In this document: one piece after another, positions 36,417-44,850 of the stretch
Layout of the letters: each line of letters begins with the position of its first letter
Position numbering within the stretch: position 1 is the first letter of the stretch
Source: Clostridia bacterium
GTDB taxonomy: Bacteria > Bacillota > Clostridia > UMGS1883
DNA: 60,586 nt
Direction: 5' to 3'
NCBI GenBank assembly: GCA_045545055.1
Contig: JAZQAB010000105.1
Location: 1-60,586 of the forward strand
Position numbers and translations under genes: made by a program
The notes under the pieces: generated by a model
The model's input: the letters and a program-made list of their open reading frames with translations, nothing else
Told to the model about the DNA's origin: nothing
Database searches by the model: none

Positions 36417-37601
36417 ATGGAACTTAATGAAATGAAAAAAGCATTCACCGAGCTTTACGGAGAAGGAGAGATGAGAGTATTCGCATCTCCCGGACGTGTT
36501 AACCTTATTGGTGAACATATTGATTACTGCGGCGGCTATGTTATGCCTGCTGCACTTACAATGAAAACCACACTAATTGCAAGAAAGAGGAATGATGATA
36601 TAATCCGCCTTAAAACAACTGATCTTGACTTTATGGTTGAAACCAGAGTTTCCGAAATGCATAATCTAAAAGGTAAGCTTAAATGGGGAGATTATCAGAT
36701 AGGTGTAATGCTTGAACTCATGAAGGATGGGTATGATATATGCGGTTGTGACCTGCTTTATGATGATACAGTTCCTCACGGTGGAGGACTTTCATCATCT
36801 GCGGCGATAGAGGTATCTACGGCAATTTGCTTTGCAACCTTTTCAAATGAGAAAAATGGTATAGATAAAAAGCTGGATATGATTGAAATGGCTCTTATTT
36901 CTCAGCGTGCAGAGCATAACTTTATAGGGGTTAAATGCGGCATAATGGATCAGTTTGCATCAGCTATGGGAAAAGCAGACCACGCAGTATATCTTAACTG
37001 TGCTACTCTTGAATATGAGCATATTCCGCTTAAACTAAGCGACAGCAGTATAGTTCTTACAAATACTAATGTTAAGCATTCTCTTGGAAGTTCGAAATAC
37101 AATGAGAGAAGAGCAGAATGTGAAGAAGGACTTAATGCACTCAAAACCGTTCTACCTGATATAACCCAGCTTGCAGATGTGACAATAGAGCAGTTTGAAG
37201 AGTATAAAGATATAATTAAAAATGAAATTACAAGAAAACGCATCAAGCACGTAGTTTATGAGTGTAACAGAGTTCGTAAAAGTGCAGAAGCTATGAAGAA
37301 TAACGACATAGCACTTTTTGGGCAATATATGAATGAATCACACGATTCGCTACAACATGATTACGAAGTAACTTGTCCAGAGCTTGACTACGTTGTAGAG
37401 ACGGGAAGAAAAATAGAAGGTGTGCTTGGAATAAGAATGACAGGTGCAGGTTTTGGTGGTTGCACTGTAGCAATCGTAAAGAACAATGTTGTTGAAGATT
37501 ATATTCAAAAAATTGGTATGCTTTTTGAAGGGAGATTTGGTCATAAAGCATCGTTTTATGTAACCGGCACAGGTGATGGAGGCAGGGAGATTCTCTGCTA
37601 A
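36417..37601 (+). CDS. galK: Galactokinase
   Basis: Seen: AGGAGAG RBS and an 11-nt gap after galT. Known: galactokinase signature ASPGRVNLIGEHIDYCGGYVMPAAL, plus the GHMP kinase motifs PHGGGLSSSAAIEVS and GAGFGGCTVAIV. Confidence 0.95.
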   Translation: MELNEMKKAFTELYGEGEMRVFASPGRVNLIGEHIDYCGGYVMPAALTMKTTLIARKRNDDIIRLKTTDLDFMVETRVSEMHNLKGKLKWGDYQIGVMLELMKDGYDICGCDLLYDDTVPHGGGLSSSAAIEVSTAICFATFSNEKNGIDKKLDMIEMALISQRAEHNFIGVKCGIMDQFASAMGKADHAVYLNCATLEYEHIPLKLSDSSIVLTNTNVKHSLGSSKYNERRAECEEGLNALKTVLPDITQLADVTIEQFEEYKDIIKNEITRKRIKHVVYECNRVRKSAEAMKNNDIALFGQYMNESHDSLQHDYEVTCPELDYVVETGRKIEGVLGIRMTGAGFGGCTVAIVKNNVVEDYIQKIGMLFEGRFGHKASFYVTGTGDGGREILC

Positions 37602-37823
37602 ATATTTTATTTACGGCATTAAGCTTTGTTTTCATTGTTTTCTCAAAGCTTTTGCATAACGATTTGCTGTTGTATATTTGCCCTTTATTTTTTATCGTAA
37701 AAATGTAAACTTGCCAAAAAAGCAAATATGCAACAGTAAATTGTAATAAAAGAAATTTAATAACTAAAGATAAAGGTGTTGTATATGAAACGGAAAGACT
37801 TATACAACTACATATTCAGGCTA

Positions 37824-37872
37824 AAGCCGGATTTGTCAAAAAAAGTGAACTGACAAATTCGGCTTTTCTGCT
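37824..37872 (+). terminator. Intrinsic terminator about 220 nt downstream of galK
   Basis: Seen: a 15-bp stem (37824-37838 pairs with 37851-37865, one G-U pair) with a 12-nt loop, followed by TTTTCTGCTTTCTT. A weaker 8-bp hairpin lies at 37621-37651. Confidence 0.6.
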
Positions 37873-37979
37873 TTCTTGTGCGAAATTTGACACATCAGTA
37901 GGGAATAAGACAAAAAACATAGTGTTAAAGTGAAAAGTAATTGATAGGACAAATTAGAAAGTTATTTGAAATATATATG

Positions 37980-38008
37980 TTGAAAATTCAGGCGAATTAT
38001 GATATGAT
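37980..38008 (+). promoter_or_regulatory. Candidate sigma-A promoter of the DUF1016 gene
   Basis: Seen: TTGAAA (37980-37985), a 17-nt spacer, then TATGAT (38003-38008). The -10 box ends 23 nt upstream of the ATG at 38032. Confidence 0.5.
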
Positions 38009-38031
38009 GCATTTAAAAGGTGGTTGTTTGT

Positions 38032-39048
38032 ATGGAAAAAGAAGTAAGAAATATAAATAGTGATTTTGGTACAGTTATATCTATCATCGAAAATGCAAAG
38101 GGCAGAGCTTTAAAGGCTGTTAATGAGGAACTCATAAAAATGTATTGGGAAGTAGGAGAATATTTGTCTGAATTATGTGCTGAATCTTCCTTTGGTGATA
38201 AGATTATTGATGAGGTGGCTGATTATATTTCCGAAGCTAATCCTACAATAAAAGGATTCAATAGGCGTGGATTATATAGAATGCGTCAATTTTATGAAAC
38301 ATATAAGGATGATGAATTTGTGTCAGCACTGCTGACACAAATTAGTTGGACTAATCATCTGCTTATAATGTCAAAGTCAAAAACAAAGGAAGAAAGGGAT
38401 TTTTACATTACGATAGCGGCAAAAGAGCATTATTCTTCTCGCGAACTTGAGCGTCAGCTTGACAGTGCATACTACGAGCGTTATATGCTTTCTTCAGGTA
38501 AACAACCGCCGGAATTGGTTCCACAAAGAGTTCGTAATAGTATACTTGACACTTATGTTTTAGAATTTCTCGATTTACCTGAACAATATTCAGAACGTAA
38601 CTTCCGTAAAGCAATTATACAGAATTTAAAACAGTTTATCCTTGAGTTTGGCAAAGATTTTACATTTATAGGTGAAGAATATCGTGTTCAAGTAGGTGGA
38701 CAAGACTTCTTTATTGATTTGCTTTTCTACAACAGAGCTTTATCGTGCCTTGTTCCGATAGAATTGAAAATCGGTAAATTTAAACCTGAACATATTGGTC
38801 AGATAAACTTTTATCTTGAAGCATTAGATAGAGATGTTAAAAAACCGAATGAAAATCCAAGTGTCGGTCTTATTCTTTGTGCAAGTAAAGACGATGCAGT
38901 AGTTGAATACGCATTAAGTCGTAGTATGTCACCGACATTGGTTTCAGATTATACTCTCTGCTTGCCAGATAAGCAGATATTGAAAGATAAGTTGCAGGAA
39001 TTGGCAGGACTTGCTTTGGAAGATGGAGAGGATATAAGAGGGGAATGA
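38032..39048 (+). CDS. DUF1016/YhcG-family PD-(D/E)XK nuclease-like protein
   Basis: Seen: the ATG at 38032 lies 8 nt after AAAGGTGG; 338 aa. Known (recall): the N-terminal helical region (LIKMYWEVGEYL) and C-terminal core FFIDLLFYNRALSCLVPIELKIGKF (D...E-x-K) match the YhcG/DUF1016 architecture. Confidence 0.8.
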   Translation: MEKEVRNINSDFGTVISIIENAKGRALKAVNEELIKMYWEVGEYLSELCAESSFGDKIIDEVADYISEANPTIKGFNRRGLYRMRQFYETYKDDEFVSALLTQISWTNHLLIMSKSKTKEERDFYITIAAKEHYSSRELERQLDSAYYERYMLSSGKQPPELVPQRVRNSILDTYVLEFLDLPEQYSERNFRKAIIQNLKQFILEFGKDFTFIGEEYRVQVGGQDFFIDLLFYNRALSCLVPIELKIGKFKPEHIGQINFYLEALDRDVKKPNENPSVGLILCASKDDAVVEYALSRSMSPTLVSDYTLCLPDKQILKDKLQELAGLALEDGEDIRGE

Positions 39049-39249
39049 TGTTGGCAACATTTTGGCAACAAAATATTGTAAAGTCAAAAGAATTATGGTA
39101 ATATATAGAATATGACCACTACGAAACACGGTTTATTAACTAATTCAGTTGAGGTTACAAAACAATGAGCGAGTGGGAATAAGAACCTTGTTAAAGAGCA
39201 ACCCCTGATATCGTGTAAGGGGCAAAAATTAATATTCTTAAAAAACAAA

Positions 39250-39288
39250 AAATAGACCTTGAGATTTAGAAAATCTTGAGGTCTATTT
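39250..39288. terminator. Hairpin with flanking A/T runs (orphan, possibly bidirectional terminator)
   Basis: Seen: AATAGACCTTGAGAT (39250-39264) pairs with ATCTTGAGGTCTATT (39272-39286), with two G-U pairs. An A-rich run precedes it and TT follows. No intact gene ends nearby except the DUF1016 gene, 200 nt upstream. Confidence 0.45.
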
Positions 39289-39593
39289 TGATGCCACAAA
39301 TCTGAAAATATAGGGGAATGTAGCGTATAAAATAGTGATTTTATGTGCAAAAAATATCGTAAAATTCTAATAGGGTAGAGGATACGTGATTTTGCCTTTT
39401 TGACGCTGAGGACCTTTGCCCCGTAACATAGTGTTTTTTTAAAATCACGTTTTTGGGAAAATCGCATTATCTCTCATAAATGCCATTACAGAACCTGTTA
39501 CGAATGCGGCTGCATAATCCACGAGGACGACACTTATTACTCTGAAGTGAATGAAGAAGACTATTGTCAAAGTTGCTTTGAGGAACTTGATGA

Positions 39594-39830
39594 CTCATAG
39601 CAGAAAAGGAACGTGAAAACATAAGAGCACGACAAGCACAAGGAATTGTGGCTGCAAAAGCCAATAACGTTAAATTCGGAAGACCTAAAATAGAAAAGCC
39701 TGATAACTGGGATGAAGTTGTCAGGCTTTGGCAACACCGCGAAATTACAGCTAAAAAAGCAATAGAACTTTTGAAATTGAAAAAGTCCACATTTTATGCA
39801 TTGCTGAAAACAGAGGAAGGTAGGGCTTGA
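39594..39830 (+). pseudogene. Serine recombinase (resolvase/invertase) C-terminal fragment; catalytic domain missing
   Basis: Seen: the frame reads LIAEKERENIRARQAQGIVAAKANNVKFGRPKIEKPDNWDEVVRLWQHREITAKKAIELLKLKKSTFYALLK, with a TGA directly upstream (39591-39593). Known: this corresponds to the end of the E-helix plus the HTH DNA-binding domain of small serine recombinases. The N-terminal Ser-containing catalytic domain is absent. Confidence 0.75.
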
Positions 39831-39915
39831 TAGTGTTCTGGGTAATAATTATTCTCTATCTTTGTTCTAAAGCTTTTGATTGATATGGCTGAGAAATGAA
39901 AGGAGGTGAATCCGG

Positions 39916-39972
39916 ATGGGTGCGTTTGGATTCTTTTTATTGATGTTCTTGATTTGGATTTTTGAGGACTGA
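39916..39972 (+). CDS. Hypothetical 18-codon hydrophobic mini-ORF (MGAFGFFLLMFLIWIFED)
   Basis: Seen: a near-perfect Shine-Dalgarno AAAGGAGGTGA (39899-39909) lies 9 nt before the ATG at 39916; the stop is at 39970-39972. There is no homology evidence and it is too short for statistics. Confidence 0.25.
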   Translation: MGAFGFFLLMFLIWIFED

Positions 39973-40345
39973 AAACTTCTGTTATTTCTACTTTTGTATG
40001 AGTGAAGTTTGCTTTAATGAGACTTCGGTTTTATAAATTGTAAACCGGTATCGAAAATTATTGGTATAAAGCGGCTTACAATCATTTCCTTTGACACGTA
40101 TGTGTGTTCTTTGTTAGTATAAAGGTATAAATTATTTTTTTAAAATTTAAAAAACGCAAAGAAGCGCAATGTATATCTTATGCGACTATGACTGAGGAAT
40201 TTATTATGTTCTTATCAGAAAAAAGTTGCCTAAAAAAGATGGAAATAAATTCGTCAAATAAAGCAATATTATTCACTTTAAGAACAACAATAGACACTAT
40301 TTGATAAGTCGTTATGTTATAATTAAACAAAAAGGGGAGAATGTT

Positions 40346-41185
40346 ATGAATAAAGCTTTTCTTGAAAAAAGGAACAAAGCAACAATTGATATTCCATATT
40401 TCTCCAGGGTAATTATCCCTTATGAAACCAGCACTCACTTCCACGAAGAAATTGAGGTTGTTCTGGTTTTAAAGGGAGAAGTTGTTTTGAAATTAGGAAA
40501 AGAACTACATACCATGTCTTGTGGAGATATTTGCATTGTTATGCCCAATCAGGTTCATTCGTACAATTCTTGCGAGCATACAGTTTTCTATACTTTTAAG
40601 ATTGGTTGGAATAATTCTAATTTCCACACGAACTTTTCTAAATATAAAATTTATCCTCCCGTTATTAAAAAATCTACTGATCTTAATCAAAAATTAAATC
40701 AATATTTTACAGTTGCAGCTGAAGAACGCAAAAAATGTGCGACAGGAATGGATTATGTTATTGCTGCTTGTGCAAATATGATTCTTGCAGAAATTTTACG
40801 TTCAGACTATCTCGTATTAAAAGAAGAAGTTATAAACAATATCAATTCTAAAAAATACGATTTTATGTCAGCGGTGAATGAATATGTGGATGAAAATTAT
40901 GCGGAGCAGATAAGCTCAAGTGATCTTGCGGAACACTTAAACTATTCCAAATATTATTTTATGCATTTGTTCAAGGAGTCCTTTGGTACGAATTTTACTT
41001 CGTTTTTAACAGAGTTTCGTTTGAACAAAGCGACAGAGTTGTTGCTTAAAACGAATAAAAAAACATATATTATTGCAGCGGAGTGCGGATTTACAAACAC
41101 CCGTTCATTTTATAAAGCTTTTAAAGAATCATTTAATATGACTACTTCTGAATATGTCAAAGAAAACAGGATTTACCGGAGCTGA
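40346..41185 (+). CDS. AraC/XylS-family transcriptional regulator (cassette 2)
   Basis: Seen: the ATG at 40346 is preceded by AAAGGGGAGA; 279 aa. Known: a cupin-like N-terminus (THFHEEIEVVLVLKGEVV...NQVHSY) and an AraC double HTH (SSSDLAEHLNYSKYYFMHLFKESFG...IIAAECGFTNTRSFYKAFKESFNMTTSEY). Confidence 0.9.
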   Translation: MNKAFLEKRNKATIDIPYFSRVIIPYETSTHFHEEIEVVLVLKGEVVLKLGKELHTMSCGDICIVMPNQVHSYNSCEHTVFYTFKIGWNNSNFHTNFSKYKIYPPVIKKSTDLNQKLNQYFTVAAEERKKCATGMDYVIAACANMILAEILRSDYLVLKEEVINNINSKKYDFMSAVNEYVDENYAEQISSSDLAEHLNYSKYYFMHLFKESFGTNFTSFLTEFRLNKATELLLKTNKKTYIIAAECGFTNTRSFYKAFKESFNMTTSEYVKENRIYRS

Positions 41186-41275
41186 AAAGGCTTTCAGAAG
41201 CCAAAGCAAAAGTTTACAATAAAGCAATATGTATCACAAGTTAAACAATAATAAGCGCAACGGCATCAGTAAGCG

Positions 41276-41284
41276 TGTTATAAT
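41276..41284 (+). promoter_or_regulatory. Extended -10 element (TGtTATAAT) upstream of the cassette 2 ABC genes
   Basis: Seen: TGTTATAAT at 41276-41284, ending 41 nt upstream of the ATG at 41326. No convincing -35 box. Pattern match only. Confidence 0.3.
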
Positions 41285-41325
41285 TGGAAGAGAACAACAA
41301 TCAGACAAAGCGAGGAGGATAATAT

Positions 41326-42276
41326 ATGACAAAAAGTGATTGTGAAACTATAGCAATGAAAAAGAAAAGCCTTTTGACAAGAATGAAATTGGAATTAAAA
41401 CGTAATAAGTACCTTTATATTTTAGCGGTTCCGGTCCTTCTTTATTATGTGCTGTTTTGCTATTTGCCTATGTTTGGCTTAGCCATCGCATTTGAAGACT
41501 TCAGTATAGCCAAAGGTGTATTCGGAAGCGATTGGATAGGTTTTGAACATTTTAAAGACTTTTTCTCCGGAATATATTTTGAAAGAACATTGAAAAATAC
41601 ATTGATAATAAGCTTCGAACTTATTGTCTTTGGCTTCCCGATTCCTATTCTTTTTGCTATTCTGCTAAACGAAATCAGAAGTAAGAAATTAAGGAAAGTT
41701 GCTCAAACTGCTACATATCTTCCGCATTTTATTTCAATGGTTGTATTTTGCGGAATTGTATCAAACTTTTTCGGTACAGATGGTCTGATTGTAAAACTAA
41801 TAGAGCTTTTCGGTGGGGAAAACCGAAACTATCTGGCAGATGATAATTGGTTCAGACCTATATTCATTTTTACTGACATATGGAAAGGTTTTGGATGGCA
41901 AAGCATTGTTTATCTTGCCGCCTTGGTAAGTGTAGATACTCAATTGTATGAGGCTGCAACAATAGATGGTGCCAGCCGGTTCAGAAAAATATGGCATGTG
42001 TCAATTCCGGGAATTCTCCCAACTATTATGACTATGCTCATCTTACGACTTGGTCATGTGCTTTCTGTCGGATACGAAAAGATTATTCTTTTGGCTTCAC
42101 CCGGAACGTTAAATGTTGCGGAAGTAATATCTTCTTATGTGTACAGTGCAGGTATACAAGGAGCACGCTTCGGATATGCAGCAGCAGTGGGACTATTCCA
42201 ATCGGTTGTTAATATTATTTTTGTGCTGATAGCGAATCGTATTTCTAAAAAAGTCAGCGAAACATCAATTTTCTAA
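41326..42276 (+). CDS. Carbohydrate ABC transporter permease (LplB-like), paralogue of 4683..5639
   Basis: Seen: a GAGGAGG RBS 8 nt upstream. Shared blocks with the cassette 1 permease (SDWIGFEHF versus SDWVGLKHF; YEAATIDGASRFRKIWHVSIP versus HEAAMIDGASKWKRIYHIDLP). Confidence 0.9.
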   Translation: MTKSDCETIAMKKKSLLTRMKLELKRNKYLYILAVPVLLYYVLFCYLPMFGLAIAFEDFSIAKGVFGSDWIGFEHFKDFFSGIYFERTLKNTLIISFELIVFGFPIPILFAILLNEIRSKKLRKVAQTATYLPHFISMVVFCGIVSNFFGTDGLIVKLIELFGGENRNYLADDNWFRPIFIFTDIWKGFGWQSIVYLAALVSVDTQLYEAATIDGASRFRKIWHVSIPGILPTIMTMLILRLGHVLSVGYEKIILLASPGTLNVAEVISSYVYSAGIQGARFGYAAAVGLFQSVVNIIFVLIANRISKKVSETSIF

Positions 42277-42288
42277 GGAGGTGTTGTT

Positions 42289-43170
42289 ATGGTAGAGAAG
42301 AGAACTCGTGGTGAGAAAATATTTGATGTATTCAATGTGCTGGTTATGCTATTTTTGATTATATTGACTATTTATCCTTTATATTATGTATTTGTATGTT
42401 CGATTTCCGACAGTAACCTGCTGATGGAATCACATGGATTTAAACTTTTGCCTGCCGGTTTCAGCTTGGATTCTTATAAGGCGGTGTTTTCAAATCCTAA
42501 CATTCTAACCGGATTCAAAACTACTTTATTTGTTTTAGTCGTCGGAACTTCATTGAACGTTGTTTTTACTTCGATTGGTGCATTTTTGCTTACAAGAAAA
42601 CAGTTTGCAATGAGAAAGTTCATGTCGGTAGTAATTATGATAACAATGTTTTTCGGTGGCGGAATGATACCTACATACCTCGTTGTTTATAAGTGGTTGG
42701 ATTTAGGAAATAGTATATGGGCACTGATACTTCCGGGACTAATAAGCACTTATAATCTTACTATCATGAGGACCAGTTTTGCATCGTTACCCGACAGCTT
42801 GGAGGAAGCAGCAAAAATAGACGGTGCCAATGATATTGTAATTCTTTTTAAAATAATGATTCCGTTGTCATTGCCTATTATTGCGGTTATGGTATTGTTT
42901 TATGGGGTTGCACATTGGAATTCATGGTTTCAGGCGATGCTCTATATCAGAGAGCGTGATATGTATCCCTTACAGCTCATATTAAGAGAAATTCTTCTTA
43001 TTAATGATGCCAGTGGAATGGGAGATACAGGTGCCGGGAACCAATTTTTCCTTGGCGAAAGCATAAAATATGCATCTATAATTGTAGCAACTGTACCGAT
43101 ACTGTTTGCTTATCCTTTTATACAGAAGTATTTCGTAAAAGGAATTATGTCAGGAGCAGTTAAAGGGTAA
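42289..43170 (+). CDS. Carbohydrate ABC transporter permease (LplC-like), paralogue of 5650..6543
   Basis: Seen: AAGGAGG RBS, EAA loop LEEAAKIDGANDIVILFKIMIPLSLP, and tail YPFIQKYFVKGIMSGAVKG. Confidence 0.9.
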   Translation: MVEKRTRGEKIFDVFNVLVMLFLIILTIYPLYYVFVCSISDSNLLMESHGFKLLPAGFSLDSYKAVFSNPNILTGFKTTLFVLVVGTSLNVVFTSIGAFLLTRKQFAMRKFMSVVIMITMFFGGGMIPTYLVVYKWLDLGNSIWALILPGLISTYNLTIMRTSFASLPDSLEEAAKIDGANDIVILFKIMIPLSLPIIAVMVLFYGVAHWNSWFQAMLYIRERDMYPLQLILREILLINDASGMGDTGAGNQFFLGESIKYASIIVATVPILFAYPFIQKYFVKGIMSGAVKG

Positions 43171-43238
43171 TTTTTCACGAAGATAAATTAATTTAAAATA
43201 AAAAGTCGTTTTGAGTAAGCGACAGAATGGAGTGCGTG

Positions 43239-44810
43239 ATGAAAAAAAGAGTTTTAGCATTACTTCTGGGAGTAATCATGGTTACAGCATTGTTTTCAGG
43301 CTGTGGAGATGATGACAAAAAAGATGAAAACACATTGTCATACTGGGTTGGAATGAATTCCACCATCGCAACGAGAGTCAATGATTTTAACGACATACAA
43401 ATGTATAAAGAGCTTGAGAAAAAAAGCGGTGTGCATATTGAATTTATACACCCTGCAATAGGTCAGGATGCAGAACAGTTCAACCTGATAGTTGCATCCG
43501 GAGAGCTTCCCGATCTTATCGAGTATAAATGGGCTACATATACAGGAAGTCCGCAAAAAGCTATTGACGATGGAGTAATAATTCCTCTTAATGATTTGAT
43601 TGAGAAACATGCTCCGAATTTCAAAAAATTAATTTCAGAAAATACAGAGCTCTCGAAGGAATATAATAGAGCGTGCAGAACAGATAGCGGTCAGATTTTT
43701 GCATTTCCCACTCTTAACACCGGTTCTTACAGAACTTTCCAGGGACCGATGATAAGAAAAGATTGGCTCGATGAGTTGGGCTTGGAGGTTCCGGTGACAA
43801 TTGATGACTGGACAGAAGTTTTGACAGCCTTTAAGGAGAAAAAGGGAGTAAAGTATCCTCTTACCGGCGTAATGGGAAATTATATCGGTGGCAGATGTTC
43901 TTTTGAAGGTGCCTATGGCATAGGACAGAGACTTTATGTTGATAACGGTAAGGTAAAGTTCGGACCTTTGGAAGATGGATATAAGGAATTTTTGACACTT
44001 TTGAATAAGTGGTATAAGGCGGAGCTTATAGATCGGGATTTTGCCACAAATACCGCAGTAGAGGCTGATAATAAGATTTTATCAGATCAGGCAGGTGCTG
44101 TTTTCGATTCTATCGGCAGTGGTATGGGTGTGTTTATGCAGCAGTCGGAAGACCTTGGTGAAAAAATGGACCTTGTAGCTACTCCGTATCCGATTCTCAA
44201 AGAAGGTGATATAAATCGCTTCGATTTAGGAGAACAGGATGCCGCCTCTGCATATCTTGCTATTACTACAGCGTGCGAAGATCCTGTAAAAGCAGTTAAA
44301 TGGATAGACCGGCTCTACAGTGAAGAAGGTTATTATCTTGTGAATTTCGGTGTTGAAGGCGACACATATACTATGGTTGACGGAAAGCCTGTATATACAG
44401 AAAAGATACTGAACAATCCGGAAGGATTGGGAATTGCTGAAGCTTTGGCAATGAATTGCCGTGCAATCTCACCGGCTCCCGGACTTAAGCAGGCTCCTGA
44501 ATATCTCGAACAGTACTATCAGTATCCTCAGCAGGTTGATGCCCTTAAACTTTGGGCGGAAAACTCTGCAAACACGAAGACAACAAAAATGCCTAACGGA
44601 TTGAGTGCTACTGACAAAGAAAACAGAGAACTTGCATCTCTTGCAACAGACATAAATAAATATGTGGAAGAAATGAGCTTGAAGTTTATTACAGGGGCAG
44701 AACCTTTTAAGAATTACGATAAGTTTGTAAGTACACTTAAAAATAACTTTAAGGTAGCACGTTATATTGAAATCGAGCAGGCTATGTACGACAGATATAT
44801 AAAACGATAA
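43239..44810 (+). CDS. Extracellular solute-binding lipoprotein, paralogue of 6570..8219
   Basis: Seen: the ATG at 43239 (MKKRVLALLLGVIMVTALFSG-C22) has a lipobox and a GGAG 6 nt upstream. It shares blocks with the cassette 1 SBP (IASGDLPD versus VASGELPD; DPVKAVKWIDRLYSEEG versus NPEVAVKWVDWMYSNEG). Confidence 0.9.
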   Translation: MKKRVLALLLGVIMVTALFSGCGDDDKKDENTLSYWVGMNSTIATRVNDFNDIQMYKELEKKSGVHIEFIHPAIGQDAEQFNLIVASGELPDLIEYKWATYTGSPQKAIDDGVIIPLNDLIEKHAPNFKKLISENTELSKEYNRACRTDSGQIFAFPTLNTGSYRTFQGPMIRKDWLDELGLEVPVTIDDWTEVLTAFKEKKGVKYPLTGVMGNYIGGRCSFEGAYGIGQRLYVDNGKVKFGPLEDGYKEFLTLLNKWYKAELIDRDFATNTAVEADNKILSDQAGAVFDSIGSGMGVFMQQSEDLGEKMDLVATPYPILKEGDINRFDLGEQDAASAYLAITTACEDPVKAVKWIDRLYSEEGYYLVNFGVEGDTYTMVDGKPVYTEKILNNPEGLGIAEALAMNCRAISPAPGLKQAPEYLEQYYQYPQQVDALKLWAENSANTKTTKMPNGLSATDKENRELASLATDINKYVEEMSLKFITGAEPFKNYDKFVSTLKNNFKVARYIEIEQAMYDRYIKR

Positions 44811-44850
44811 TTTGTGCAAATGGTATGCAGACCGGAGAGGAGAACATCTA

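Noticed and set aside
37291-37725. 144-aa minus-strand ORF overlapping the end of galK and the downstream spacer.
   Set aside because: Most of it is antisense to the conserved GHMP-kinase C-terminus. No RBS or motif.
37785-37853. 22-codon ORF with an AAAGGTG RBS that ends inside the terminator stem.
   Set aside because: It is too short, has no distinctive composition, and no conservation can be assessed. It is mentioned only as context for the spacer finding.
39051-39070. Direct repeat TTGGCAACA-tt-TTGGCAACA (11-bp period) immediately after the DUF1016 stop codon. Considered as a recombinase or regulator binding site.
   Set aside because: There are only two 9-bp copies. That is easily chance in AT-rich DNA, and no partner site was seen near the recombinase relic.
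39384-39450. 10-bp inverted repeat ACGTGATTTT / AAAATCACGT separated by 47 nt. Considered as invertible-segment ends or a riboswitch-like stem.
   Set aside because: The arms are short. No promoter lies inside the segment, the adjacent recombinase is truncated, and the interior shows no further conserved-looking structure.
38032-39972. Considered whether the DUF1016 nuclease + resolvase fragment + mini-ORF form an active defence or mobile system.
   Set aside because: The recombinase lacks its catalytic domain. No methyltransferase, helicase, ATPase or toxin-antitoxin partner is present. No terminal repeats bracket the region. It is better described as a relic.
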